64,000 nt of DNA, from assembly GCA_963811165.1 (NCBI GenBank), contig CAWEQH010000008.1, forward strand, positions 544,001 through 608,000, given 5' to 3'. The translations under genes and the position numbers were made by a program. Source of the DNA: an uncultured Nitrospiraceae bacterium (lineage in GTDB: Bacteria > Nitrospirota > Thermodesulfovibrionia > Thermodesulfovibrionales > UBA6898). A model generated the notes under the pieces. That model ran no database searches. It had not been told where the DNA came from and was given only the letters and a program-made list of their open reading frames with translations. Below, piece after piece: positions 1 through 9,316 of this stretch (positions are counted from its first letter, which is position 1; each line of letters opens with the position of its first letter).

Positions 1-165
1 CGGATGACTATAACGTGCGCTTAGGCGATCAATTGAGAAAGAGGATTTTCGCTCGTTACATCTAATAACATGGGTAAGCTGGTTAATTTGCTATTTGAGT
101 TTTTTGGAGATAACATTTAAACAATCGGAAGCCTGGCCTGAAAGTACAAATAATAGTCTAGAAGG

Positions 166-1620
166 ATGGGCGATTATATGTATAAATTATTCTTGCTCGC
201 TTTAATATTCTTAATGTGGCCTATTAGTGACGCTAATGCATACACACTGCCCGACACCGGACAGACTACCTGTTATGACGCCTCAGGCAATGCCATAGCC
301 TGTCCTGTCCCCGGCCAGCCCCTGGCACAGGACGGCACATACAACTTCTTGCCACTTTCCTATACCGATAACGGAAACGGCACAATAACGGACAATAACA
401 CCGGTTTAATCTGGCAGAGGCAGGATGACGGGACATTAAGGACATGGGATCAGGCGATTGCCTATTGCACCGGGCTTAATCTTGGCTCGCTCTCGGGCTG
501 GCGGCTTCCCAACAGACTTGAGTTGACCGGTATCGTCAACTATGGTCCGCCCTCTCCCGGACCTGCTATTCATACCGCCTTTACAGGGACCAAGTCGTCA
601 TATTATTGGTCCGCTACGCCCTGGGCGATAAATCCTGTCCTGGCGTGGGAGGTCTACTTTGACGATGGCGAAGTGCTGCCTGCTGACAAGGGTTTGGCGA
701 GGTATGTTCGATGTGTTTTAGGCGCAGAAACCCAGGGCCCGAATTTTGTTTATAACCCTGATGGTACGGCGACTGATACAACGACGGGTTTAATATTAAC
801 GTCTGCACCGGCCGCAGCATGGGAGGGGGCCATTGCCTATTGTGAGGATCTGAGTTATGCAAATGAATCAGACTGGCGGCTGCCGAATATCAGGGAAATT
901 GGGTCTATCTATGGAATGCTTGTTACCGATGAGACTTTGGTATTTATTAGTTCCAGTACGAATTCGGCCAGTCGGAGCAAGGCTTGGGGAGTCAGCGCCA
1001 ATGTTGTAAATAGCGGCAGCGTGTATTACTATGATAAAGGCATCGACACTTTTAGCGTCTTTTGTGTCCGGGAGGGGTACCCCGGGCTGTACAAGTTGGA
1101 CATTACGAAGACTGGCAGCGGCGCAGGAACAGTTATGAGTACTCCCCCCGGTATTAGCTGCCCGGATCCAATGACCTCATGCCATACGTGGTTTCCGGCC
1201 AACAGGCCTGTAAAGCTCACCGCAATCCCTGATGTCGGGCCGTTAATCCTTGGACCATATGTCTTCGGAGGATGGAGCGGAGACGCAGACTGCACCTATG
1301 GGCAGGTCACAATGGACACGGAGAAGGCATGCACCGCAACTTTTTCTCTCTGTGGGAACTGGGACAGGGCGCGTGTCCCGGGCGCAACAAGAGATTCTAT
1401 TAACCAAGCATATATTTGGGCGGTAAACAACGACGTCATTAAGGTAAAGGCTTCAAACAAGGCCGAATCCGTGTCTTTTTCATTGCCAATAAACGTTTAC
1501 CTTATTGGCGGATATGACTGCAATTTTACTCGCGTGAAGGGGGCATATTCCGTAATTACCGGCTCCGTGACTATTCAATCAGGCGCTTCTGTAATATTCG
1601 ACAATATCGTGATCATGTAA
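166..1620 (+). CDS. Secreted DUF1566 (Lcl-type) protein: two DUF1566 domains, a divergent InlB B-repeat-like domain and a conserved C-terminal domain
   Basis: Signal peptide ending ANA; LPDTGQTTCYD; DNGNGTITDNNTGLIWQ...W.QAIAYC...GWRLPN..EL, and a second WRLPNIRE; GSGAGTVMSTPPGISC...FGGWSGDADC. Confidence 0.85.
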   Translation: MGDYMYKLFLLALIFLMWPISDANAYTLPDTGQTTCYDASGNAIACPVPGQPLAQDGTYNFLPLSYTDNGNGTITDNNTGLIWQRQDDGTLRTWDQAIAYCTGLNLGSLSGWRLPNRLELTGIVNYGPPSPGPAIHTAFTGTKSSYYWSATPWAINPVLAWEVYFDDGEVLPADKGLARYVRCVLGAETQGPNFVYNPDGTATDTTTGLILTSAPAAAWEGAIAYCEDLSYANESDWRLPNIREIGSIYGMLVTDETLVFISSSTNSASRSKAWGVSANVVNSGSVYYYDKGIDTFSVFCVREGYPGLYKLDITKTGSGAGTVMSTPPGISCPDPMTSCHTWFPANRPVKLTAIPDVGPLILGPYVFGGWSGDADCTYGQVTMDTEKACTATFSLCGNWDRARVPGATRDSINQAYIWAVNNDVIKVKASNKAESVSFSLPINVYLIGGYDCNFTRVKGAYSVITGSVTIQSGASVIFDNIVIM

Positions 1621-1884
1621 AAGAACAATTCCTGGGGATGCATCGGACTCTTCCTATGAAGATCAGAGAGATGCTCGATGGACTCCTTCTGGATAGGGGA
1701 TTCTCATAGACACCGCTCAATCATCATCGCAGCGTTATCCCGGATTTCTTTTGTAAATCCGCAATAGTTTCGATTTGAAAGACCTGTTGGTTCGTCGGTG
1801 CTATACGTAACAAAATTAATTGATTCTTAGAACCACCGAGGGTCATGATCAATCCTGCTTTTTCAAAGAGAAAGAGGAGGAACA

Positions 1885-2883
1885 ATGACCCAGGCAGGTT
1901 CAATTCTCAGAGCAAACAGCAGTGAAATCGAAGCAGTAAATTATCAGGCACCCTCCTATTGATCGCATTCTCCAGAAGATCTCGAAGATGGAGCTTCCCG
2001 ACAGGGAGCACATCGAGAGCTACATGCGCCACAAGTGGAGAATGAACCACAAGCCAAGCACTCTTAAAGGCAGCTTCACGCTGTGAGTTCCTTTCTCATT
2101 TTCTATGCTGGCTTAGGGAAGAGTCAATTAAAGATATTGTCAGTGACGATATGGAGGCATTTATCGAACATGAGCAGGATCGGGGGCTCAAAGTCACAAC
2201 GGCCAGAACACGACTTCATAGCAACTGTGGGCTTTCATGAGGTTTCTGATCGATCAGGATATCATTAATGAACATATACTTAAACGCAAGATCAAACTGA
2301 AAGTGCCGGATTTCCTGCCAAGGGCCATTGCCCCTGGCGATGTCAGAAAGCTTCTCGGTGTCATTAAAGAGATTCGTGACCGTGCCCTGATCCTCGTACT
2401 CTTACGAACAGGCATGAGAATCGGTGAACTTCTCGGCATGAAGATGATAGATCTTGATGTCCGTGAGAAAAAGATACACATCTATGAGGGGGAAAAGAAC
2501 TGTCTTGGACGAGTGGTCTATCTCAGCGATGATGCACTGATGGCCTTAAAGCTCTGGCTCAGCAAGAGAGAAAGACAAAAGAATATCTCTTCTATGGCCT
2601 GAGGAGTCACTTATGTTACACCACGGCCCGGAATATCTTCACACGATACTTGAGGGAAACAGGGCTGCAGGACAAAGGCTATACGATCCACAGCCTCCGG
2701 CATACCTTTGCAAGTGAACTGCTCAATGCCGGCATGCGCCTGGAATGTCTGCAATTGCTGTTGGGGCATCGCGACATAGAGATGACCCGGCGATATGCTC
2801 GCCTGACTGATAAAAGCCGGGAAGAGGAATACTTCCGTGCCATGGTGATTATCGAGCAGGGAGGCATTCATGGAGCCTACTGA
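1885..2883 (+). pseudogene. Tyrosine recombinase 1, broken by about 5 frameshifts (pseudogene or assembly error)
   Basis: SD GAGGAGG before ATG 1885. Fragments join across frames. Catalytic motifs LRTGMRIGE, GEK, HSLRH, LGH and TRRY are all present. Confidence 0.8.
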
Positions 2884-3778
2884 TGCGATTGCCAGGTACC
2901 GGAGATTCCTGAAGCGAAGGAACTATTCGGCACACACGGTGAAAAACTACATGAATATTCTCGGTCACTTCAGTGTCTGGCTGCAGGTTCCTATAGAGCA
3001 GGTAACCTCCAAAGAAACCGACGCATATATGGATCATCTATTGAGAAGGAGAAAGAAACCAAAGACTATCAACTGTCATTTCGGCTGCATCCATGCCTTC
3101 TACGAGTATCTGATCGAAGACGAGGGAATGCCTCTTACCAATCCGGTAAGAAAGAATTATAGGCTGCGTCTGCCCAGGCCACTGCCCAAACATCTCAGAG
3201 ACGAACAGGTTGTGGCACTCTTCAACGAAATCAGTGATGCCAGAGATCGGGCCATGTTCATGCTGATGCTCAGGTGCGGTCTGCGTGTTGAAGAGGTTGC
3301 ACGACTGACAGTAGATGCGATAGAGTATCGCAGCAGACAGCTTTATGTCTTCAATGGCAAAGGCAGCAAGGACAGGGTTGTCTATCTCAGCGACGATGCG
3401 CTGAGCGCCTTAGAGGCGTATATGCAGAAACGGAAATGGTCTAAGGAGAAAAGAGTGTTCTTAGTGCAGAAGGGGCCGCTGAGAGGAAAGCCGATATCGG
3501 TTCGCGGCATTCAAAAGAGGATTGAACACTATGCACAGAAGACCGGGATACAGGTATCCTGTCATCACTTGAGACACACTATGGCAACCCAGCTCTTGAA
3601 CGCGGATGCCGATCTCGTCACCATTCAGGATCTGTTGGGCCACAGCCTGATTACTACAACCCAGTGTTATTGTAGAGTCTCCAATCTCAAAGTACAGAGA
3701 GATTATTACAAGGCCATAAAGGTTGTAATGCAGAGGACCCAGCCAATAAGAGAAGATGACTTTGAATTGGAACGATAA
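2870..3778 (+). CDS. Tyrosine recombinase 2 (XerC/D-like integrase)
   Basis: N-terminal YS.HTVKNY; LRCGLRVEE, GKGSKDR, HHLRHTMAT, LGH, TTQCY; overlaps the upstream stop, with a GGAGG SD. Confidence 0.93.
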   Translation: MEPTDAIARYRRFLKRRNYSAHTVKNYMNILGHFSVWLQVPIEQVTSKETDAYMDHLLRRRKKPKTINCHFGCIHAFYEYLIEDEGMPLTNPVRKNYRLRLPRPLPKHLRDEQVVALFNEISDARDRAMFMLMLRCGLRVEEVARLTVDAIEYRSRQLYVFNGKGSKDRVVYLSDDALSALEAYMQKRKWSKEKRVFLVQKGPLRGKPISVRGIQKRIEHYAQKTGIQVSCHHLRHTMATQLLNADADLVTIQDLLGHSLITTTQCYCRVSNLKVQRDYYKAIKVVMQRTQPIREDDFELER

Positions 3779-4008
3779 AAGTGCTCATGGAGAGCAGGCT
3801 TAACTAACTGAAAACACAAGAAAAAGCAGGTTATGTTACGTATAGCGTGGTGGATCTGATAAAGGGACGGTGCATGGTATGGGGAAAAGCGTGGACGCCG
3901 GCCTTGTTAACTGCTGGGTCTTTTCCCTTTGCGACTGGCAATCGCGGAAATAGGTGGCCGGATTCGCGGGAATCTCCACTATGATATAATTTCTTAAGGT
4001 CCTTAGTC

Positions 4009-5130
4009 ATGGAGACTATCGAAAAACTTAAAATTCTGTCCGAAGATTCCCAGTACGATCTGGCCTGTGCATGCGGCACAAATAAGTATGACCGCCGCAA
4101 AAGAGGACTCGACGGCAAATGGCTGTATCCGGTCTCGCTGCCCCAGGGCGGATATTCGGTCCTTCTAAAGACGCTTCTTTCCAATGCATGCGCTAACGAC
4201 TGCAAATATTGTCCCCTCCGCTTTGAGTCGAACGTGCGGCGCTGCACGCTTACGCCCGAAGAGATCGCCAATATATTTATGGGTTATTACAGAAGGAGAA
4301 AGGTCTTCGGTCTCTTCCTGAGTTCCGCGGTCATCGGCAATCCTGATTTCACGATGGACAAGATAAACGCCGTTGCGCGCCTCCTTAGAGGACACCATGA
4401 ATACAGGGGTTATATCCACCTAAAGATCATCCCGGGCGCTTCTGATGCTGCGATCGAGCAGGCCCTTTCCCTGGCCACCGCTGTCTCACTCAACATCGAA
4501 ACACCGGGCAAGAAACACTGCGACACGCTGTCGGGCAAAAAGGATTACGACAGGGACATTATCAGGCCCCTCAGGCTTATGAGCAGGCTGACCGGAGAAG
4601 GCATGAGATTTTCGAGGAGGAAATGCACGACCCAGTTCATCGTCGGGGCCTCAGACGAGACCGATTCGGAGATCCTAAAATATGCATTCAAGCTCTATAA
4701 GGGGCTGCATTTCAACCGGGTCTATTTTTCGGCCTATCAAAAAGGGCTCGGCAATCCGGGCATCCCTGGTGAAACCCGGCCGATCGCAAATCCAAACGGA
4801 CATTTCATCAGGGAGCATCGGTTATACCAGGCCGACTTCCTTTTGAGGAGGTACGGCTTCAGGGAAGAGGATTTCCTCCTCGGTGAAAGCGGCAACCTGC
4901 AACTCGACAAAGACCCAAAACAGGTCTGGGCTGACAGCCATCCGGGATTTTATCCGGTCAGGGTCAACACCTCCGATAAGGAGGCCCTACTCAAAGTGCC
5001 CGGCATGGGACCTGAAACCGTCCGGCGGCTTCTTACGGCAAGGAGAGAGGGAAGGATCGGACGCATCGAGGACCTGGGCGTCCGGGGGAAAAGGGCGGAG
5101 ACGATCAGGAAATATGTGATCTTCGAATAG
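4009..5130 (+). CDS. Radical SAM protein with C-terminal helix-hairpin-helix (putative DNA modification/repair, TIGR03916-like)
   Basis: KL.ILSEDSQYDLACAC, CANDCKYC, YIHLKIIPG, TTQFIVGA, REHRLYQADFLLRRYGF, LLKVPGMGP. Confidence 0.88.
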   Translation: METIEKLKILSEDSQYDLACACGTNKYDRRKRGLDGKWLYPVSLPQGGYSVLLKTLLSNACANDCKYCPLRFESNVRRCTLTPEEIANIFMGYYRRRKVFGLFLSSAVIGNPDFTMDKINAVARLLRGHHEYRGYIHLKIIPGASDAAIEQALSLATAVSLNIETPGKKHCDTLSGKKDYDRDIIRPLRLMSRLTGEGMRFSRRKCTTQFIVGASDETDSEILKYAFKLYKGLHFNRVYFSAYQKGLGNPGIPGETRPIANPNGHFIREHRLYQADFLLRRYGFREEDFLLGESGNLQLDKDPKQVWADSHPGFYPVRVNTSDKEALLKVPGMGPETVRRLLTARREGRIGRIEDLGVRGKRAETIRKYVIFE

Positions 5131-5281
5131 CCGATCAAAATTTACCACGGAGGCGCTGGGGCTCAGAAATAGATCTGTGGTGATAACGGGTCTTTCTCTA
5201 TTTCCCGGCGTCTTAGCAGTAAGGTCATGTGCCGCCTATAGGATGTTGGCTATAGTTGATAAAACTTTCGGGAGAATGTGA

Positions 5282-6520
5282 ATGGAACCTGCGATTACCT
5301 TTGAGATGGCCAAACAACTGCTGTCTTCTTTTGCGGTTATTCTGTTCGCAGGGGCGATATCCGGATTCCTGTCTCAGAAGTTTAACCTTCCCGACGTAGT
5401 GGTATACCTGGTGGCCGGCATAATCCTCGGGCCCGAGGCGGCAGGATTATTGCGAGTTCCCGCCACTTCTGCGCTCAATCAAATCATACTCATCTTCGGC
5501 GCCTGCTATATCCTCTTTGACGGCGGGGCCTCGGTAAAATTAGGAGTCCTGAAAAAAATCTGGATCACACTGGCAGCCCTTTCCACTTTAGGGGTCCTCA
5601 TCATGACGGCGCTGACGGGGCTGGCATCGCATTATGTCCTCGGACTCCCTTTGATCACGTCCATGCTGCTTGGGTCGGTCATTGCTCCGACCGACCCTGC
5701 GACGATAATACCTATCTTCCGTCAAGTCAGCATAAAAGAAAGGGTTTCCCAGGCGATGATCAGCGAATCGGCGTTTAATGACACGACCGGCTCGGTCATT
5801 GCATTTGCGATCCTCTCCGTTGCCATGGGCTCAGCGGGTTTTTCACTGGGCACATCCCTGTTGAACCTTTTGAAGCAGTCCGTTGCAGGGGTTATTATAG
5901 GGTCGGCAATGGGGTATCTGGGCCTGCTGCTTATCGCCCATGAAAAGTATGACTTCCTGGCCAAATATGCCCCCGTCATAACGCTGATGGCTGTCGTCGG
6001 GACCTATCTTGGTGCAGAGGACCTGCAGGCCAGCGGCTTCACGGCGGTCTTTGTATTCGGCATAATGCTTGGCAACAAGAGGACCTTCGGCTTTCAGATG
6101 AAGCGGGAAGATAAAGAAAGGCTGGACGAATATGTTGCCAGAACAGCGATGATCATGCGGATGTTCATATTCATACTTTTAGGGTCGCAGGTTGATTTCG
6201 GTCTTATAAGTAAATTCGTGCTGCCCGGGACCATCATTATTATATTTTTTATGTTTGCTGCGAGGCCGGCTACAGTCCTTTTATGCTCTCTGCCGGACAG
6301 GCGCGCCCGATGGAGTTTTAACGAAATGCTTTTTATGTGCTGGACAAGAGAGACAGGCGTTATCCCTGCCGCACTTGCCGGACTGGTGCTTGGAAGGAAA
6401 GTGCCGGGAGGCCAGACGATCGCTGCCATTACATTTATCGCCATCCTTATGACAATACTTATTCAGGCCACCACCGCTAAATGGCTGGCGGGGAAGCTGG
6501 GACTGCTCGAAAAAAGATAA
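5282..6520 (+). CDS. CPA1 cation:proton antiporter (NhaP-type), no C-terminal regulatory domain
   Basis: About 12-13 TM segments; ILFDGG, PTDPA, ESAFND, RETGVIPAALA. Confidence 0.9.
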   Translation: MEPAITFEMAKQLLSSFAVILFAGAISGFLSQKFNLPDVVVYLVAGIILGPEAAGLLRVPATSALNQIILIFGACYILFDGGASVKLGVLKKIWITLAALSTLGVLIMTALTGLASHYVLGLPLITSMLLGSVIAPTDPATIIPIFRQVSIKERVSQAMISESAFNDTTGSVIAFAILSVAMGSAGFSLGTSLLNLLKQSVAGVIIGSAMGYLGLLLIAHEKYDFLAKYAPVITLMAVVGTYLGAEDLQASGFTAVFVFGIMLGNKRTFGFQMKREDKERLDEYVARTAMIMRMFIFILLGSQVDFGLISKFVLPGTIIIIFFMFAARPATVLLCSLPDRRARWSFNEMLFMCWTRETGVIPAALAGLVLGRKVPGGQTIAAITFIAILMTILIQATTAKWLAGKLGLLEKR

Positions 6521-6640
6521 AAGCTGTATATTCCAAGCTGAACCTGCCAGTTTCAAATACCTTGTCATAACGAACCCTTCTGATAATCGCCTTGAGAGCG
6601 GTCAAATTTTAAGAAAATCTTTAGCCTGTAGGCTATTTTC

Positions 6641-6658
6641 TTTACGCCTATTTTACGC
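6641..6658 (+). promoter_or_regulatory. Putative KdpE-binding direct repeat
   Basis: TTTACGC twice, 11 bp apart, in T-rich context upstream of the kdp-proximal genes; resembles the KdpE TTTAYA half-sites. Confidence 0.6.
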
Positions 6659-6680
6659 GCCTTCTTGATAAGCTTGAATC

Positions 6681-7193
6681 ATGAACAGCAAGGACTCTGT
6701 CATGTTTCTGGACTATATGGAAGAGGTCTCCGTCGACAACCCGGATTTTTTCTCAAAGCGAGGAAATCATTTTATTGTGATCCCTGTCGAAGATGTGGAC
6801 AAGATGTCGATGAACGCAATTCGCTATGCAAACATTCTTGGCGGCGAAATTGTGGCAATCCATATACTTCTTAATCCTTCAGACGAGGACGAAATCGAAT
6901 ACCGCTGGAAATTGCAAAATGTAGGTATTCCCCTCATGATCCTCGAATCTCCCGTCGGCTCCATCATCCGGCCGCTCACGGCATTTGTTGAGGGAATACG
7001 TAGTCGCCGCAAGAAAAGTGTCGTCACTATCGTGTTGCCGGTGCTTATAGGGCTGAAATGGTGGCAAGGGTTTCTGCACAACCAGACAGCCCATTTAATT
7101 GAAAGGGCTTTTCAGGAAAAGGCAGGAGTAGTAACCATACGCGTTCCGTTTTTTTTAACCGATGCTTCTTCTAAAGGAAGTTGTGCTCTTTAA
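6681..7193 (+). CDS. Stand-alone homologue of the KimA/YdaO (APC/KUP-like) cytoplasmic C-terminal domain
   Basis: IVIPV...AIRYA....GEIVAIHI...RW...LESP..SIIRPL..FV...VTIVLP....KWWQGFLHNQTA...VPF follows the KimA tail pattern; no TM domain. Confidence 0.78.
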   Translation: MNSKDSVMFLDYMEEVSVDNPDFFSKRGNHFIVIPVEDVDKMSMNAIRYANILGGEIVAIHILLNPSDEDEIEYRWKLQNVGIPLMILESPVGSIIRPLTAFVEGIRSRRKKSVVTIVLPVLIGLKWWQGFLHNQTAHLIERAFQEKAGVVTIRVPFFLTDASSKGSCAL

Positions 7194-7268
7194 CACAATG
7201 GGATACGATTTTGCTAGCCCCATGATGATCGTAGAAATGAATAAGTATTTTCGCAAAGGAGGTACGTT

Positions 7269-7349
7269 ATGGACATTGTCTATATCGGTATAGTGGCCGC
7301 ATTATTTGTCCTCAGCATGCTTTTCGTGAAGCTGGCTGAGAAAGTATAG
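7269..7349 (+). CDS. 26-aa hydrophobic Kdp-associated micro-protein (MDIVYIGIVAALFVLSMLFVKLAEKV)
   Basis: Strong SD AAGGAGG; single TM helix; directly upstream of kdpF; absent from the ORF track. Confidence 0.75.
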   Translation: MDIVYIGIVAALFVLSMLFVKLAEKV

Positions 7350-7359
7350 GAGAATAACT

Positions 7360-7452
7360 ATGGAATTGTTCTACTGGATAGGCGGCATTGTAGCGTTAGG
7401 TCTTCTTGTGTATCTTTTTGTGGCTCTCTTGAAGCCGGAGGTGTTTTCATGA
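7360..7452 (+). CDS. kdpF: K+-transporting ATPase subunit F
   Basis: MELFYWIGGIVALGLLVYLFVALLKPEVFS; YL..ALL.PE motif; ATGA overlap with kdpA. Confidence 0.92.
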   Translation: MELFYWIGGIVALGLLVYLFVALLKPEVFS

Positions 7453-9251
7453 CAGGGAATGACATATTCCAGATTGTCCTATATTTTGGCGTCCTCCTGC
7501 TTCTTGCGAAGCCGCTGGGAGATTATATGGCGAGGGTTTACGAAAACCAGCCATTCGGCCTCGACCGGGTGCTTGGGCCGGTGGAGCGTATTTTCTACCG
7601 GATTTGCGGCATCAAGCCCGATGAGGAGATGGATTGGAAACAGTATACAGTCGCGGTGCTAGTCTTCAGTGTAGGCGGGCTGTTTGTGGTATATCTCCTG
7701 CAGCGCATGCAGGGCATACTGCCGCTTAATCCGCAAAAGTTGCCGGCCGTCTCCCCTGATTCTTCTTTTAATACGGCTGTCAGTTTTATCACGAACACCA
7801 ACTGGCAGGGTTACGGCGGAGAATCGACGATGAGCTATCTCACCCAGATGGCCGGGCTCGCTGTCCAGAATTTTCTTTCTGCAGCGGCAGGTATGGCTGT
7901 TCTCGTAGCGCTGATCCGTGGGTTCAGCAGACATTCTTCAAAGACGATCGGCAACTTCTGGGTCGATCTCACGCGCACGACACTGTACATATTGATGCCT
8001 CTTGCGCTGATCTGGTCTCTGCTGCTTGTATCGCAGGGCGTAGTGCAGACCTTCAGTGAGTATAAGAATGTCGCTCTTACACAGACTATGACCTATGATA
8101 ATCCGAAGCTCGATGTCCAGGGCAATCCGGTCAAGGACGAAAAAGGCAATCCGGTGACCGAGAAGGCTGAGATGAAGGACCAGACCATACCCCTTGGTCC
8201 TGCTGCGTCACAAATTGCGATCAAACAGCTCGGCACGAACGGCGGCGGATTTTTCAATGTAAATTCCGCCCACCCCTTCGAGAACCCGACTCCGTTTTCG
8301 AATTTCCTTGAGGTATTGGCGATACTTCTGATACCAGCGGCGCTCTGCATCACCTTCGGGAAGATGGTCGGCGACAAGCGACAAGGCCGGGCGCTGCTGG
8401 CTGCGATGACGATCGTTCTCGTCGTACTGATGACGCTCTGCGTATGGAGCGAACGCCAGGGCAATCCTCATTTCGCCGCGCTTGGTATTGATCAAACGGC
8501 GAGCAACTTACAGTCCGGTGGCAATATGGAAGGGAAGGAAGCGCGCTTCGGGATCGTGAATTCTGCGATCTGGGCAACCGCCACAACGGCTGCATCGAAC
8601 GGTTCCGTCAATTCCATGCATGACTCATTCACTCCCCTTGGCGGCCTTTTCCCGATGTGGCTTATCCAGCTTGGAGAGATCATATTCGGGGGCGTCGGTT
8701 CCGGGCTTTACGGTATGCTGATATTCGCTATCCTTACCGTATTTATTGCGGGCCTCATGGTCGGACGCACCCCTGAATATCTCGGCAAGAAGATCGAGAT
8801 GTTCGAGATGAAGATGGCCGCACTGGTGGTATTGATCGTCAATGCCCTGGTCAAAATAGGAACGGCAGTCGGCGTCTCGACAAAGGCCGGGGTAGCGGGC
8901 ATCGCCAATCCCGGGCCGCACGGTTTTTCTGAGATCCTCTACGCTTTTTCATCGGCCGCAAACAACAACGGCAGCGCCTTTGCAGGTCTGAGCGCCAATA
9001 CTGTTTTCTTTAATACTGCGCTCGGCGTTACCATGTTCATAGGCCGGTTCTGGGTGATCATCCCTGTATTGGCCATTGCCGGCTCGCTGGCTGGGAAAAA
9101 GAAGGTACCCGCAGGATTAGGGACGTTGCCGACACATACCTCCTTGTTCGTGACCTTTTTGATCGGCGTCATCCTGATCGTCGGCGCATTGTCGTTCATG
9201 CCGAGCCTGGCGCTCGGGCCGATAGCGGAACAGTTGATGACAGGAAGATAA
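7449..9251 (+). CDS. kdpA: K+-transporting ATPase subunit A
   Basis: TNTNWQGY, LGTNGGGFF, SNGSVNSMHDS, GGVGSG, NNGSAFAG. Confidence 0.98.
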   Translation: MTGNDIFQIVLYFGVLLLLAKPLGDYMARVYENQPFGLDRVLGPVERIFYRICGIKPDEEMDWKQYTVAVLVFSVGGLFVVYLLQRMQGILPLNPQKLPAVSPDSSFNTAVSFITNTNWQGYGGESTMSYLTQMAGLAVQNFLSAAAGMAVLVALIRGFSRHSSKTIGNFWVDLTRTTLYILMPLALIWSLLLVSQGVVQTFSEYKNVALTQTMTYDNPKLDVQGNPVKDEKGNPVTEKAEMKDQTIPLGPAASQIAIKQLGTNGGGFFNVNSAHPFENPTPFSNFLEVLAILLIPAALCITFGKMVGDKRQGRALLAAMTIVLVVLMTLCVWSERQGNPHFAALGIDQTASNLQSGGNMEGKEARFGIVNSAIWATATTAASNGSVNSMHDSFTPLGGLFPMWLIQLGEIIFGGVGSGLYGMLIFAILTVFIAGLMVGRTPEYLGKKIEMFEMKMAALVVLIVNALVKIGTAVGVSTKAGVAGIANPGPHGFSEILYAFSSAANNNGSAFAGLSANTVFFNTALGVTMFIGRFWVIIPVLAIAGSLAGKKKVPAGLGTLPTHTSLFVTFLIGVILIVGALSFMPSLALGPIAEQLMTGR

Positions 9252-9255
9252 GAAT

Positions 9256-9284
9256 GTAGGGGCACGTTGCAACGTGCCCCCTAC
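9256..9284. repeat. GTAG-type REP palindrome
   Basis: GTAGGGGCACGTTGCAACGTGCCCC(C)TAC, a near-perfect palindrome between kdpA and kdpB. Confidence 0.75.
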
Positions 9285-9316
9285 GGTATGAATCATAAAT
9301 TATTTGTGAGGAAATT

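Larger units (their letters stand above)
1800..3846. mobile_element. Compact element with two tandem tyrosine recombinases and terminal inverted repeats
   Basis: GCTATACGTAACA (1800-1812) is the exact reverse complement of TGTTACGTATAGC (3834-3846). CCTGCTTTTTC (1854-1864) is inverted at 3820-3830. Only two recombinase genes lie between. Confidence 0.75.

Noticed and set aside
166..1080. DUF1566 domains as a diversity-generating retroelement target
   Set aside because: No reverse transcriptase and no adenine-variant template repeat seen in the window; a remote DGR cannot be excluded
6521..6680. c-di-AMP (ydaO) riboswitch before the K+ genes
   Set aside because: Only an isolated GCTGAA; the other conserved blocks are absent
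8121..8165. GNPV duplication in KdpA
   Set aside because: Short repeat in a variable periplasmic loop; similar insertions are familiar in KdpA
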